The translations under genes were made by a program, and so were the position numbers. Under the pieces are notes generated by a model that was not told where the DNA came from, did no database searches, and was given only the letters and a program-made list of their open reading frames with translations. Of a stretch of 64,000 nt of DNA, positions 12,801 through 25,362 are shown piece after piece; within the stretch, counting starts at the first letter, position 1, and each line of letters starts with the position of its first letter. Source of the stretch: Ruditapes philippinarum (taxonomy: Eukaryota); NCBI RefSeq assembly GCF_026571515.1, contig NW_026854840.1, positions 1-64,000 on the forward strand. The letters are read 5' to 3'.

Positions 12801-15800
12801 AGCGGCCCCTAAAAGGGGCTAATCAAATTAATATGAACAAACATAATAAAAGACTACCCGATAATGCTAAAGACAAAGTTTGGTGATCATCCATCAATTA
12901 GTTCTGTAGAAATAAACGTTTAAATGTATATCTATTTTTAATTTTAGCGGCCCCTAAAAGGGACCAAGCAAAATAATATGAGCAAACTTGATAAAAGACT
13001 ACCCAACAATGCTTCAGACAAAGTTTGGTGATCATCCATTCATCTAAGTTCTGTAGAAATAGACATTTAAAGGTAATTCTTTTTTTAATTGAAGCGGCCC
13101 CTAAAAGGGGTCAATCAAATTCATATGAGCAAACTTGATAAAAGACTACCCAAGAATGCTACAGACAATGTTTGGTGATCATCCATCAATTAGTTCTCTA
13201 GAAATAGACATTTAACAGAATTTCTATTTTTAGCTATAGAGACCCCTAAAAGGGGCTAATCAAATTAATATTAGCAATCTTGATAAAAGACTATCCAAGA
13301 ATGCTACAGACAAAGTTTGGTGATCATCCATCAATTAGTTCTGTAGAAATAGACATTTAAAGGTTTTCTATTTTTAGCTTTAGCGGACCCTAAAAGGGGG
13401 CAATCAAATAATATGAGCAAACTTGATAAATGATTACCCAAAAATGCTACAAACAAAGTTTTGTGATCATCCATCCATTATTTCTGTAGAAGAAGATATC
13501 TAAAGGGTTTTCTATTTTTAGCCCTAGAAACCCCTAAAAGGGGCCAATCAAATTAATATGAGCAAACTTGATAAAAGACTACCCAAGAATGCTACAGATA
13601 AAGTTTGGTGATCATCCATCAATAAGTTCTGTAGAAGAAGATGTCTAAAGGTTTTTCTATTTTTAGCCCTAGAGACCCATAAAAGGGGCCAGCCAATCAT
13701 ATGAGCAAACTTGATAAAAGACTACCCAATAATGCTACAGATAAAGTTTGGTGATCATCCATCAATAAGTTCTGGAGAAGATGTTTAAATGTTTTCCTAT
13801 TTTTAGCTCTGCTGATCCCTAAAAGTGGCCAATTGGAATGATATGAGCAAATTTCAGTGTGACTGTCATAAGGATGCTACAGACCAAATTTGAAGTAAAT
13901 CTGCTTAGTAGTTTTAGAGAAGAAAACGATTGTTGACGCATGACGACGGACGATTGATGCTGGAGCATCCCCCTTTGATACTAATAGCTCAGGTGAGCTA
14001 AAAATGCAAAAGCGTACACTTCGTTTGCTAAAAAAAACACATATATTTTACACCGTATTGCAAATCTTTTCGAGAAGTGTTTGCTTGTGCGAAGTAGAAA
14101 TATTTGTAATGCAGGTTAAAATTAAATGTCCTAGCTGCCGTATATTCTTCTTTCTATTTAGCTATAACTACCTCCTTCACGACAGAGCCTTCTCGCAGAA
14201 TAAATATCATATTTTATTTCTTTAATAACTATTGTTTTGTTCCGATAAAAATCTTATTTGCATTATAGACCTAATATCTACATGAAACGTATTCGATTTT
14301 AATTTGGGTCTCTTTTAAATGTAAATAGGAGGATAAATCATCTCTTTCATGATCAAACGGTCCATTTAAACGCTAAATTTGCTGACTAGGAAACGCCCAT
14401 ACAACTGTATTTCAAACGTAATTTTATCATCTTTACGCTTTCTGGAAACTTTAATCAAATTTACATGGTATAGAATTCTCAGATTTCGATATTTGATGTT
14501 ATGTTTACAAAATATATGAAAAAAGAAAACACTTTACCTTTTTTGACAGCTGATTCTAGCGACATTCACTAGCTTGGAAGTAGCGATAGAGCAATTTACC
14601 GTATAACTCAGAAAGAGGTAGCTCTATCATTTACCAGGCGTGCACTGAGTTTAATAGACTCGAAGTTACTTTTGAGTAATTCATATGTTATTCTATTATT
14701 CCGTTATTATATAAAACACATAGATAGAGAAAAACATTCAGAAAACAAAGTAGGGGTATATATACACGAGTCGGATTGTCGGTCGGTCAGCCTCATGGTT
14801 TCTGGACAAAATATGTGAACTAGAGTTCGGAATGAGTTATTGTAATAAAATTTGGTATATAGCAATGTTATGTGGAAACACCGGTTTGAATTGCATTTGG
14901 ACGCCCTGCTGGTCAAGAGCACTGTTACTAAAAAAAAATAAATTCAGACGATAGCAAATCTTAGAAATGAGATATTGTAATCAAGCTTGGTATATATAGC
15001 AAGCTTATAAGAAGATCCTGGTTGAGATTTGACCTCCCAAGGTAACTTAACTAAAACTAAACTAAAAAAAGATTTTCGGACAATAAATGAGATATTGTAA
15101 TCAAGCTTGGTATACATAGCAAACTTATATGTGGAAAACCAACAAAGATTGGTTTTGGTCCACCATGGGTCAAAGTCAAGGTGACTGATTTATTTATCTT
15201 CCAAGTTATAACCTAATTCGTCTTTGTCAGATATAAATGAGTGTGACAACACTGATCAGTGTAAAAATGGCGGGAATTGTACAAATACAGACGGGGCCTT
15301 CAGTTGTAACTGCAAAGATGGCTGGACAGGGACAGTGTGTGACAACGGTAATTGATATTTAGTATTTAATTTTGCTGATGTCTTTCATAAGATAATACCA
15401 TTTAACACATAAACAACGGCGCAGGAATGTAATAAAGCCATTTAATAAAAACGATGTTACTCTAATGTAATAGAACTTTCACGTGACGTCATTTGTGTAT
15501 TATATAAACAAATTGTTAAAGCGCACAAAATTAGCGTTACACCATTAAAGGCGCTTTTGAACAGGTCTTATTTTATAAATGTGACATATGATAGAATATA
15601 ACATTCTTGTAGATTTGATACTAAATTTATTGAACAAGTTGACTAAAATCATATTATGCGAGCCACTGGCATATTCTGCACTCATTAATATCTTCTATTC
15701 ATTATTAATGTTACTTCAAAATAGTTCACTAAATTCTGAAAATAGATCGATGAGGTTTCATAAATGCTGAAATATCAAATCAAAATCATGATATGGTTAT

Positions 15801-18800
15801 ACAGTTGGGATCAAGTCAATAATAATAAGTTACTTACCTGATTATTGTCTGTATTTGATAAAAAAATGTCTTCCACGCTAGAGAAAAACGTCTGGTCAGT
15901 TTCAAGCCAGTCAGTGTAAGACATGATGTAAATAGCATACCGACAATAACAAATACAAAAAGGTGTCTAATAAAAATATGCTAACCTTGAGAATGACCTT
16001 TTAGGTTGAGTGACACTGTTACACTGGCAATAAAACAATCATGCACATTAATATGATTGCAGCTATTTAAGCACAAAAAACAGGTCAAATATTTGAATTT
16101 AGAAATTAAATCCTATTATTTTATGCTTTTCAGTAGATTACTGATTTATCCGTGAAAATTATATTTGATAATTTCACAGTGAAATTTATCAAAATATAAT
16201 TTCACACTTTTCAATTATGACGAAACTACTTTTTTAAAGATTTTTCCCATGTGGTACCTCAATTTTATTTTTGCTGACAATTCTGACAATGTCAGGCTGT
16301 TTAAAGAAAAAGCAAGGCTGAAATTGATAAATAATTTAAATGTTAAAAGTAATAAAAAGATGAAAACTTACTTCTATTCATTCGAATTCCAATCACCAAA
16401 TTTCGTCTCTAAATTTATGTTTCATTTTTACAGTCTGAAAAATACATTCTTTCCACATGCAAAACTGCTCTTGATGACATTTGGGCATATTAAAGTATCC
16501 TACGAGCAATAACAGCCGAATGCTTTATGAAAAATTGAAAAGCAATTACAACCATCAGCTCGAAGAACAAGTAAACAACCAAGCGTTCCTGAGCCAGCTT
16601 CCAAGTTTTTCATTTTCCTAGCTGCTTTTTTAAAAATGTTTTCACATCTGTCAACACTAAGTTTTTGTCTGTTACAATCCTCAAATAAGTTTTCTTTCTT
16701 TTAAAAGGTGTATGACTAACAAATCCAAATGATATCCCTCTGAATCAAACACAATTATTTTCCTCCAGTGAAATACACAACTTCAAAAAATGGCTGCCGC
16801 TTACATTTAACAAAGCCAAGTCAAATATAAATTCGCAGTAAGTAACAGAAATATGGATTGATTGTTGGACTTTTTCTCCTACAAGACTCAACCGATCATT
16901 CATATTATTTTAATAAAATGAGTAAATCACCGTCATTTAAATAACGTTGATTGTCGGACTTATTTTTCAGCTCAAGACTTCTTGTTTTTTTATGAGAAAT
17001 TCCGACTAAATGGGGCTCTCAATGGGGAAAACAGATTTTAATATTAACGTTAATATTATGGAAATTTCGTTTTAACTTGTTTTTAAGCATAAAATAAAAA
17101 GAAAAATTGTTTGTTTTTTGTGTAAGATGTAATTTTATTTCATCTCGTGAACTTTAAAAACAGTATGCTCACGAGTGGCGTAATACTGTTTTTAAATCCC
17201 ACTCGATGAAATAAAATTTCATCATACACACAAACAAAAACCCTCAATATATCGTCCATGCTTTTATAATTGTTCTGTTATTCAGTTTTATATAAAATAC
17301 AGTCATCCTGCTGAAATTCATTTCATTGACATTCTTCCGGCATCAACACAATTTTTCATCAGCATCAGCAGCACCAGTACCAGCAGCAGCAGCACCACCA
17401 CCATCATCATCATCATCAGTGTAGTTGCATTTATATCAAAGAAAACAGAAATATAGTATTAATGTTTACATTCAACAACAACACCATCAATTACTTGAAC
17501 AAGTACTGGATATATTTGATTTTCATTGTAGATATTGACGAATGCACGATGTACCACTTTTGTCAAAACAATGCCACGTGTTTAAATTTACCAGGTACCT
17601 TTCACTGCACATGCGCAACAGGATACAGTGGTGTACAGTGTGCTCATGGTAACATGTTTTTATATAATCAATTGATGAAAACAAACGCTTTTCTTTAGCT
17701 TTCGACTTTTTTCTTTTCTCACGTCTATAAAATAACAAATGACACAACGTCCGTTTAACAATAAGATAAATGAAACTTGACGTTAACGCGGATATAAAAT
17801 ATGATAAACAAGATCAACAAGAAAAGGCGGCGTTCAATGAACGTAACCCCCACATGATTCAGCAACAAGAACCAGCCGCAAGGAGCCCAGACGGACCCCA
17901 ATGTTTATTGCTAAATGTTTGCCACATTGTTATGCCTATTTGCCTAAGTATTCTTCCGAGAAAATAGTAAAAACTTAGGTCGCACGGCCACAGTCATGAC
18001 GTCTATTGAGTTACGCTCATGCCGATGCTAGGGGGCGTGAGGGATGTTGCACTTTTTCATTATTCCTCATGTACAGAATCAATCAAACCAAGTCTGTAAT
18101 GTTCCTGCTAAATTGCTGTTTTTCATGATTTCAAGGGATCACATTTTCTAGATAAAGATGTATATCTATATATATTTCACAGAAGACGACCCGTGCATCC
18201 CTACTAACCCGTGTCAAAACGGTGCAACATGTAACAGAGACTCTTCCGGTCAGGCCACTTGCAGCTGTTTGCCAGGGTATTTTGGTGCTCTTTGTGATAA
18301 AGGTATGAAAGGCATTTATTTTGATATAGAGTGTTGGATGTTTAGACTGCGTCACTAGCGAAATTGTTGCCAAATAGCAGTAAAATATTGGCTAAATCAT
18401 ATACCTTACTGTAAATTTACTAAGTGTATACCCTCTTTGTGATACTCTAGACAAAATTAGAACTTGTATATGATTAAAAAAGCGACGGTGCTGAGGGTGT
18501 GGACGGTTAGATTAAATTTTCCGTACATGAACATGCTCAATCAAACCGAGCATGAACCATTTGAAATTAGGTATAGCAATCATTGTTTTACCATTTTCCA
18601 TTTAAAAAATCTTCAATAATGAAACATTACATAGCCTTATGTTTAATATATATTTTCTTATCTCTGTGTTCATGTGTCCTAGTTGTATGTCGATCTTGCT
18701 TCCTCATAGCTTGTACTAGTTTTTTTTAAACATTACGGCACTGGAAATACTTTTAAGATACTTGTGTACATGTACCATTTGATTAAGGTCTTGATCAATA

Positions 18801-21226
18801 AGTTGTGCGCAAATATTTACAGATCATTCCCTCACCTGGTTTTCCAGATTAATATTTTTTTATGTACAACATTTACCAAAACTGAAACTCTTGAAACGTT
18901 TCTCACTCAAATCGGGCTGATGATAAAATATGATGAACAAGATCAACAAGGAAATAGAGTGAAATAAGAATCCTTAAAGAAAACCCAATGCGGCAAAATT
19001 GAAAATGTTGCAGGCTCGGTTTGATTAAGCCTGTTGTCAAGTGGAAACTACCGTCAACGCCCCCAGCACCGGCTTAAGCAGAATTCAACATTTAACATGA
19101 ACTGGTAAAATTTGGAAGTTTAAACATCCGCAGATGTGTTCATATGGCGGTTATCTTGGAACATTCAACGTGACACGTTAGTGTCATTCCATGAAAAGCG
19201 GCATATGGTCCCCAAGTAAAAAAATGCGTGTGCCCTAAACGAGAAAACAATAGGCGGAACTAAATAAAATAGAATTTTAAAAGGGGGTCTGAGATTATGA
19301 AGCCTGCATATCACAGATATAACGTCAAAAGACAAATTTAAAAAGCAGGCCATATATCCTAAGAGTGATTCAACAGTATTAAAGTGAGGAATACTGGAAC
19401 CACCCAGCAAGAAAGATGTCGAATAGATAGAACTAAAATACCACAAGCACAACAATAACGTAAGGCGGCGTTCAATGTACGCAACACCCACCCCACCAAG
19501 CAGCAAGTGCCAGTGGCAAGGATCCCAGGAGGACCCCAAACAAAAACAGGACAGGGCACAAGGCAGAGTACGACAGGCCAACCACTAAAATCATACATAA
19601 GAATGAGATCGTACAAAAGTCGATATTCATTTTAATTATGATTATTTTTCTTTTGTATCCGTTTTTTTAATCAATTTATTAAATGCTTCACTTGATCAAT
19701 GCAGGAATTTCAAATTTAATGTTTTAGATTTTTTGACCTTAGTTGAGCTCTGTTAAAGTAAGTTAATATATGTATATATTATCCATATAGGTCAACCAAA
19801 CACATGTGACCATATTTGCACTCTGCAGTCTTTGGCGTCGCAACATTCTCTCCAGAGTGCCAACGCCGCCACGTGTTCTAGTTCTTCATTTGGTTCGAAC
19901 GAGGCGCTACCTATGCAATGCTGTTCAACACAGGCATCTAGTTCTTGGACCAAGGGCCCGGACGTAATGATAATTGCTTTTAAACATCTCCAATTACGCC
20001 TTAAAAAACGTAAAACGTTGCCCTGTTCATATAATTTCAGTGTTGTTATCAATTTCTGGTCTTTCATAAATATTAATTCCATGCAGATTAAATACAATTA
20101 CAAACGGTGCTAAGGGGGCTTCATGCATTTTACAATGTTCCTTTATCCGCCTGAACAGACTCATTCAAACAGAGTGTTTATTTGTCTCGAGAGGAATCCA
20201 GATTAAAAACGTTTTCGCATACAGATCTTAACTTCAACACAAGGGGATAATTAGTTTTGTTGTGTTAAATATGTAATTTTCAACGTCCATTCGACATTCC
20301 ATTTAATATTGCAATAATTATCAATGATATTTATAGGTCATGACGCAATGTAACAGTGGTGGCGCAGGATTTTCGGTATTTGTCTAAACTTTAGCATTCC
20401 ATAATTATCAATGCTATTTATAGGTAATGACGCAATGTAACAGTGGAACTATGACACCATATACTACTGTAGCAATATTCAGACCCGATGGCACGGTCGA
20501 ACCGGAAGCGGCTGGTATTCTTACAGAATGCCTCAGTGGTAGAGCAGGATTTTCGGTACTGGTTTATCCTTTCATATGAGCCGCGTCACGACAAAACCAA
20601 CATAATGGGTTTGCGACAAGCATGGATCCAGACCAGCTGCGCATCCGCGATCAATGCTGTTTGGTTACAAACCCTATTAGAAGTAGAGAAACTGAAAGCG
20701 AACAGCATGGATCCTGATCAGACTGCGCGGATGCGCAGTCTGGTCTGGATCCATGCTGGTCGCAAACGCATTATGTTGCTTTTGTCGTGACGCGGCTCAA
20801 ATGTATTTTTGCCAACATTTACAGAACTAAATCATTACATTCCAGAAGAAACAAACGCTATTCTAGGTGATATGTTTAAGATTTATGTTCAAGAGACCTC
20901 GATTATTAGTTCTCGCGATAAGTGGTCCAAAGTTGATACTACTACAGTAACTCCGCTATGGCTCCTATACCAGTAACTCCGCTGTGGTCCGCCTTGGCTA
21001 CTTGCCACTGGTTCTTGTTGCAGGGTCGTATTGGGGTTGTGTTCATTGAACGCCGCCTTTCCTTGATGATCTTGTTTATCATATTTTCTTTCAAATTTGT
21101 TTTCTATTTCTTTTGTTTTAGATTGTTCGCCAAGATTGTACGTCCTTGCCAACCCTTATCCATGTCAACGGAACAGCTGTTGGTCAAGTTGACAACAACC
21201 CGAACCATTACTCAATCGTGTTGTGA
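6809..21226 (+). CDS. Gene A: secreted protein, signal peptide + His-rich linker + 7 EGF-like repeats + C-terminal Tae2/Dae2-like (NlpC/P60) domain lacking catalytic residues; about 461 aa
   Basis: Manually spliced, all introns GT-AG, frame continuous (1386 nt). Exons: 6809-6881 (MNYIWITVAVFLVLRAEAATGKTN), 7601-7660 (AKVSRFLYSHHDNQPDYHKV), EGF exons 9395-9502, 10060-10194, 10923-11042, 11593-11718, 15231-15347 (DINEC, calcium-binding type), 17532-17648 (DIDEC), 18183-18302; C-terminal exons 19791-19963 (GQPNTCDHICTLQSL...SNEALPMQCC...WTKGPD), 20424-20555 (VMTQCNSGTMTPYTTVAIFRPDGTVEPEAAGILTECLSGRAGFS), 21122-21226 (IVRQDCTSLPTLIHVNGTAVGQVDNNPNHYSIVL*). The exon 7601-7660 is the least certain. 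Confidence 0.88.
6939..7146. mobile_element. Small MITE with TTAA flanks (Kolobok-like)
   Basis: ttaa|agcggccttcag ... ctaaaagccgct|ttaa. Confidence 0.55.
7720..9020 (+). mobile_element. Non-autonomous Helentron-like element with about 6 tandem ~168-bp repeats
   Basis: 5' tatccctcgccga, then a gtcc tract; unit start ttccgcgctacttctct recurs at about 7802, 7969, 8137, 8305, 8580; 3' tcggcagggggtata, hairpin aaattcaacgaattt, and cttgtt. Confidence 0.75.
10227..10389. mobile_element. MITE with perfect ~25-bp terminal inverted repeats and TA flanks
   Basis: ta|cggtggcaaagaggtgacatttgca ... tgcaaatgtcacctctttgccaccg|ta. Confidence 0.8.
12368..14003 (-). mobile_element. Non-autonomous Helentron-like element with about 9-10 tandem ~145-bp repeats
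   Basis: Reverse complement has the same termini as 3341-5249 (agctcacctgag ... ggtgagcgac...catggccctcttgtt); anchor tgatcatc recurs about every 145 bp from 12593 to 13753. Confidence 0.8.
20337..20375 (+). other. 39-nt internally deleted duplicate of gene A exon 20424-20555 (possible alternative exon or pseudo-exon)
   Basis: Encodes VMTQCNSGGAGFS, i.e. the start and end of the full exon. The acceptor context (ataattatcaatg[a/c]tatttatag) is duplicated and the donor (tcg|gta) is intact; phase 0-0. Confidence 0.75.
20578..20798. mobile_element. Fold-back MITE with ~70-bp inverted arms
   Basis: atat|gagccgcgtcacgacaaaaccaacataatg...gcatggatccagaccag ... ctggtctggatccatgc...cattatgttgcttttgtcgtgacgcggctc|aaat. 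Confidence 0.8.
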
Positions 21227-21274
21227 AACAATTTTCATCTAACGCGTGTTGTGTAATGTTTGACTAAACTTGAG

Positions 21275-21280
21275 AATAAA
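21275..21280 (+). promoter_or_regulatory. Putative polyadenylation signal of gene A
   Basis: AATAAA about 50 nt after the TGA stop. The motif is common by chance in AT-rich DNA. Confidence 0.5.
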
Positions 21281-22108
21281 TTCAATCCCAAATTATTTGT
21301 TTTATTCTTATTCCTTTTGATAAATAGGTGAAACTTTAGTGTTCATATAGTGTGGTGTTTGAGTGAGGAAGCATTCCCAATTTCATACTGGTAATCAATT
21401 GAAACATGAGCTGATTAATTATGGCACATAGTGCCGCCTTAGAAATCTATTATTTTATACTTTAAGAAGTGTCAAACATGAGTTGAATGATCGGTTAAGT
21501 GCATGTTAGATGTTAAACGATAAAAAGAAGCGCTGAACGTGCATTTATGTGCCGTAAAAGGAAACAAAATGTAAACAATGTACCATGCAAAATACTAATT
21601 CACTTTATAACTATATCAATTGCCAACAGATCAAAAGATGCAAAAAAGTTCATGTATAAATAAAGTAAATAATTATTTTTAATTTTGGAAACCGTAACAC
21701 GATACACAAAAATAAACTTTTTTTGAGAAATGAAAATGATAGCCTTTCTGAGGCATAATGTGTCTTTAAGTTCCATTTTCTATGTCATTGTCCAATTTAA
21801 TTAATCTGTAAATTGTTGTCTGATTTATATCAGTGCACATGATACATTAACTTTCGATAAACTCTTAGAAGTTTCGTGGATGGACACAGGTCGTCAATTA
21901 AATCTATAATTTAAAAGTGTTTCGTGCATTTATATCAAAAATTATAACATAGTCTGATCTGCTTGCTTTGGCACTAGGTTACCAAACGTTTTCTATACAA
22001 ACATTTACACAGACTTTAAATACCAATAGTATTTTAAGTATTCAAATATTTATGTCATAGTGTTTTACTTTTAAAACTACTTTTGTTATCGTGCGTTTTG
22101 TTGTACAA

Positions 22109-22260
22109 GTATCAAAATACGGTAGTTGGGTTGCGGATACCATGTTTGTAAAGGTAGTTAAATAACGGTTGTCCGTTGCGGATCCCGTGTATGTTTAGGT
22201 ATCGAAATAAGTTGTAGGTTGCAGATCCTGTGTATCTTAAGGTATCAAAATACGATTGTT
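22109..22260. repeat. ~44-bp degenerate minisatellite (about 3.5 copies)
   Basis: ggtatcaaaata...gttgcggatccc/atgt recurs about every 44 bp. Confidence 0.55.
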
Positions 22261-25260
22261 CATTTTTGGGTTCCGCCTGAGCTCCTTGCCGCTGGTTCTT
22301 GTTGCTGGGTCGTGTGGGGGTTGCGTTCATTGAACGCCGCCTTTCCTTGTTGATCTTGTTTATCATATTCTGTGATAATGCTTTATATACTTAAAGAATA
22401 TTATAAGTTTAATCTATTAAGCTATAAAATAAGATATATATATAAGTATATAGGTAAACCGTTTTGATTTCTCATTTTCAATGTTAAATATTCATACTCG
22501 TATACTTGATCATCAAATCACTCTGTATTAAATGTAAAACATATCGTTTTAAGAACAGACGAACACATCATGTGCCTTTCCAAACTCTGTTCATGCATAA
22601 AGGGACACCTGAGTAGAACTACCGGCATTCAAACGCATGAAATAATTTGAAGTCTCTTGTGGGATTGGAACCTTCAACGGTGTGGAGAAAGTGGTTTGAA
22701 GTCAGTGATTGGCGCCGGACGCCTAATATTTTATTTATAAACTACTACATGGAAAAGTGTCTGATTTGATAAAGTGAATGTTTCATCTGTGACCTTAACA
22801 CGATTGTGGAATCATAAATGGCTCATCGTGACTGACTGATAAACACACAAGTATGTGTGCACTTCTTTTATAGTCTATAACCTATGGAATGTAAAGGGCT
22901 TTTTGTTTCCTTTTATCCATTTAATGCATGACAAAGATTGTAGACTTATAACAGTTTATTTGTAGGCCAAATACGCCTTAAATGCTGTCATTTTTATTAA
23001 CTCGACTTTTTAAAGGTATAGTTTCATTCATGTCTGCGTTCCTGTTGCTGTCCGCCAAATTTATTGGGCTTTCTTTAGAGATTCTTATTTTTTTCTCTAT
23101 TTTAACCTTGATCATAAATTGTTTAGGTTCTTGGGGGTATTGTCTTCATTCCACAACAACCCTTTGGACAAGCTTTTAAGACAGACTAAACTTGAACATC
23201 TTTTTTTTATTAGTATAAGATTTCCATGTATATTAAACTCAAATTAAGCTTGGCTTATTTACCATTTTGATCTTAAAGGATTTTCAATGATTTTGCTACA
23301 ATAGACTGTAACTTAGTAAAAATGTAATTAAAATATGGATTATCCTCATACTCAAGGTCAAGGTCAGTTCAACCTTTAAGAGGGTATTATTCAATTGCGA
23401 TGTCTTGTCTAATTGAAAATCGTATTTTTGAGCTATTCTTGCCCGGTTTGAGTGACAATCATTGCACCGATTTTCAATTTTGGGACATTTTTCACTATGA
23501 GAATTATGATTCCGGAAAACCGGGAAAAGCAAATTATCTGAAATTTTGCACTCAAGCTATTGGGTTATGCCTACATCACACGGGACGTTAATCTTAAAAA
23601 GTTGTTTTGTCCCGTCATGTCTAAAACCTCAGTGGAGTCCCTTTAAGATAAAAGTATCTTTATGATCATGAAACATGCTTGACATGGTTATATCTGTATA
23701 TTGACCGAAATATTCAGAAGAATTCAGAATTCTGTGAAGGATTATTTAAACTTGAGGTAATCAAACCTTTAGATTATAAACGTCTATATCGATTTTATCC
23801 ATTATTGTCTACTACTTACTTAAAGTAGCTTGTCTCGCAATATTTAAACATTTTCTAAAATGTGTAGTATATTAAAGAAACGTTTAAGTAACCACAGGTG
23901 AATTGACACTGTATTAGACATTTGAATAATGCTTACAATTATATTTGTATTTTTACTATCAACGTACTTTTTCAGCTTACTAGGACAGCATATGTGTCTA
24001 GGACAGCATATGTGTAATTTAAGTGACTGGCTTATTTGACGAAATGATAATAACTTGATAAAAGTACTACATGATAATAACTTCTAAATGTACACATGTC
24101 TATAATATTACAATTAAGAAAGAAGATGCATGAATTGCCAAACGTTCTTGTAAAAGGACCTTTGCAACAATTTTCATATCGACCTATAGGCTTTAAACTT
24201 TGCATGATCTCTGAATATGCTTAAAGATGCATTTTTTGCTGAATGTAAAAAAGTTTTGGTTGCCGTTCTTGTTTTCGAGTTATCTTCCCTTGAAATTGAA
24301 TGTTTTGCTTATTATCGTTTAAGAGACAAAGTTTACTTCCTCCTCTAAAATTTAAAGGGAAGAAATAAACATGAGAAGAGTTTTTATTGGTCATATTTTG
24401 ATGACAAAGCGAAATCTGGGAATCGCATGGGCCATTTTAAAATATACAGTATTAATTGTGCCACATACTACTCATGTGACTACAAAGTCACATGATTGTG
24501 CTGGAGATATCATGTCTCTTTTACATTTAAATAAACTTTGAAAATAAACAACTTTTTTCCTCCCATCACATTATCAAAATCTATTTTTCTAACATTTTTT
24601 TTATTCTTAAAACACTACGTTAGATTTTTCAATGGAATATCAATGTAATCTATAATATATTATTGCTTAGATTTGTATCAGGGACTGACCGAATAACTAA
24701 TGTTTTGTGAAATTGTGGTTCAATCCTTTTTCTTTCAAAAATTGTATAATTATATAATTTTCTATTAATTTGAAATGAACATGTATATCTTGTAAAAAAA
24801 TGCAAAGAATAAAATACGTTTTAACTAAATAAACCTCACTTTCAGATTGTAAATATACTTGTTTTCTTCGAGGTTTGAATAAATTGATTAGATGAAACGG
24901 TGATACACCGACTAAGCCTTCTTTTGTGTATTTGATTACGAAACACATGTTGGTTTAACCCTCGCTTTAATGTAAGTCCAAACTATTCGTTCTGACCTAC
25001 ATTTTATTGAGCCATATATAGAAATTAACAACTATCTTTCGTTGATAAGAGAAATAAACAGGAGGAAATTTCTGTTTTGTATGTTAAAATCATTATTTGG
25101 ATTTCTAAATTATTATTCTTAATGAATACATATAAGACGGATTAATTGTTAATACATTCTCGGAAGCTTTAAGCATTGTTCTTCAGTTACAAGTTAGTAA
25201 CAATGTTTGAAAGGTCAATTGTGCATTAGAAATATTTTAAATTTTATTTCTCAAAAAGTA

Positions 25261-25318
25261 TTTTTATGCCACCGCAGCATCTGCGATGCGGTGGCATATA
25301 GCGATTCACCTGTGTGTA

Positions 25319-25362
<44 letters not shown>

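Noticed and set aside
19791-21226. Bacterial contamination or very recent transfer as source of the amidase-like domain
   Set aside because: The domain is interrupted by GT-AG introns conserved between paralogs and is fused in frame to metazoan EGF exons.
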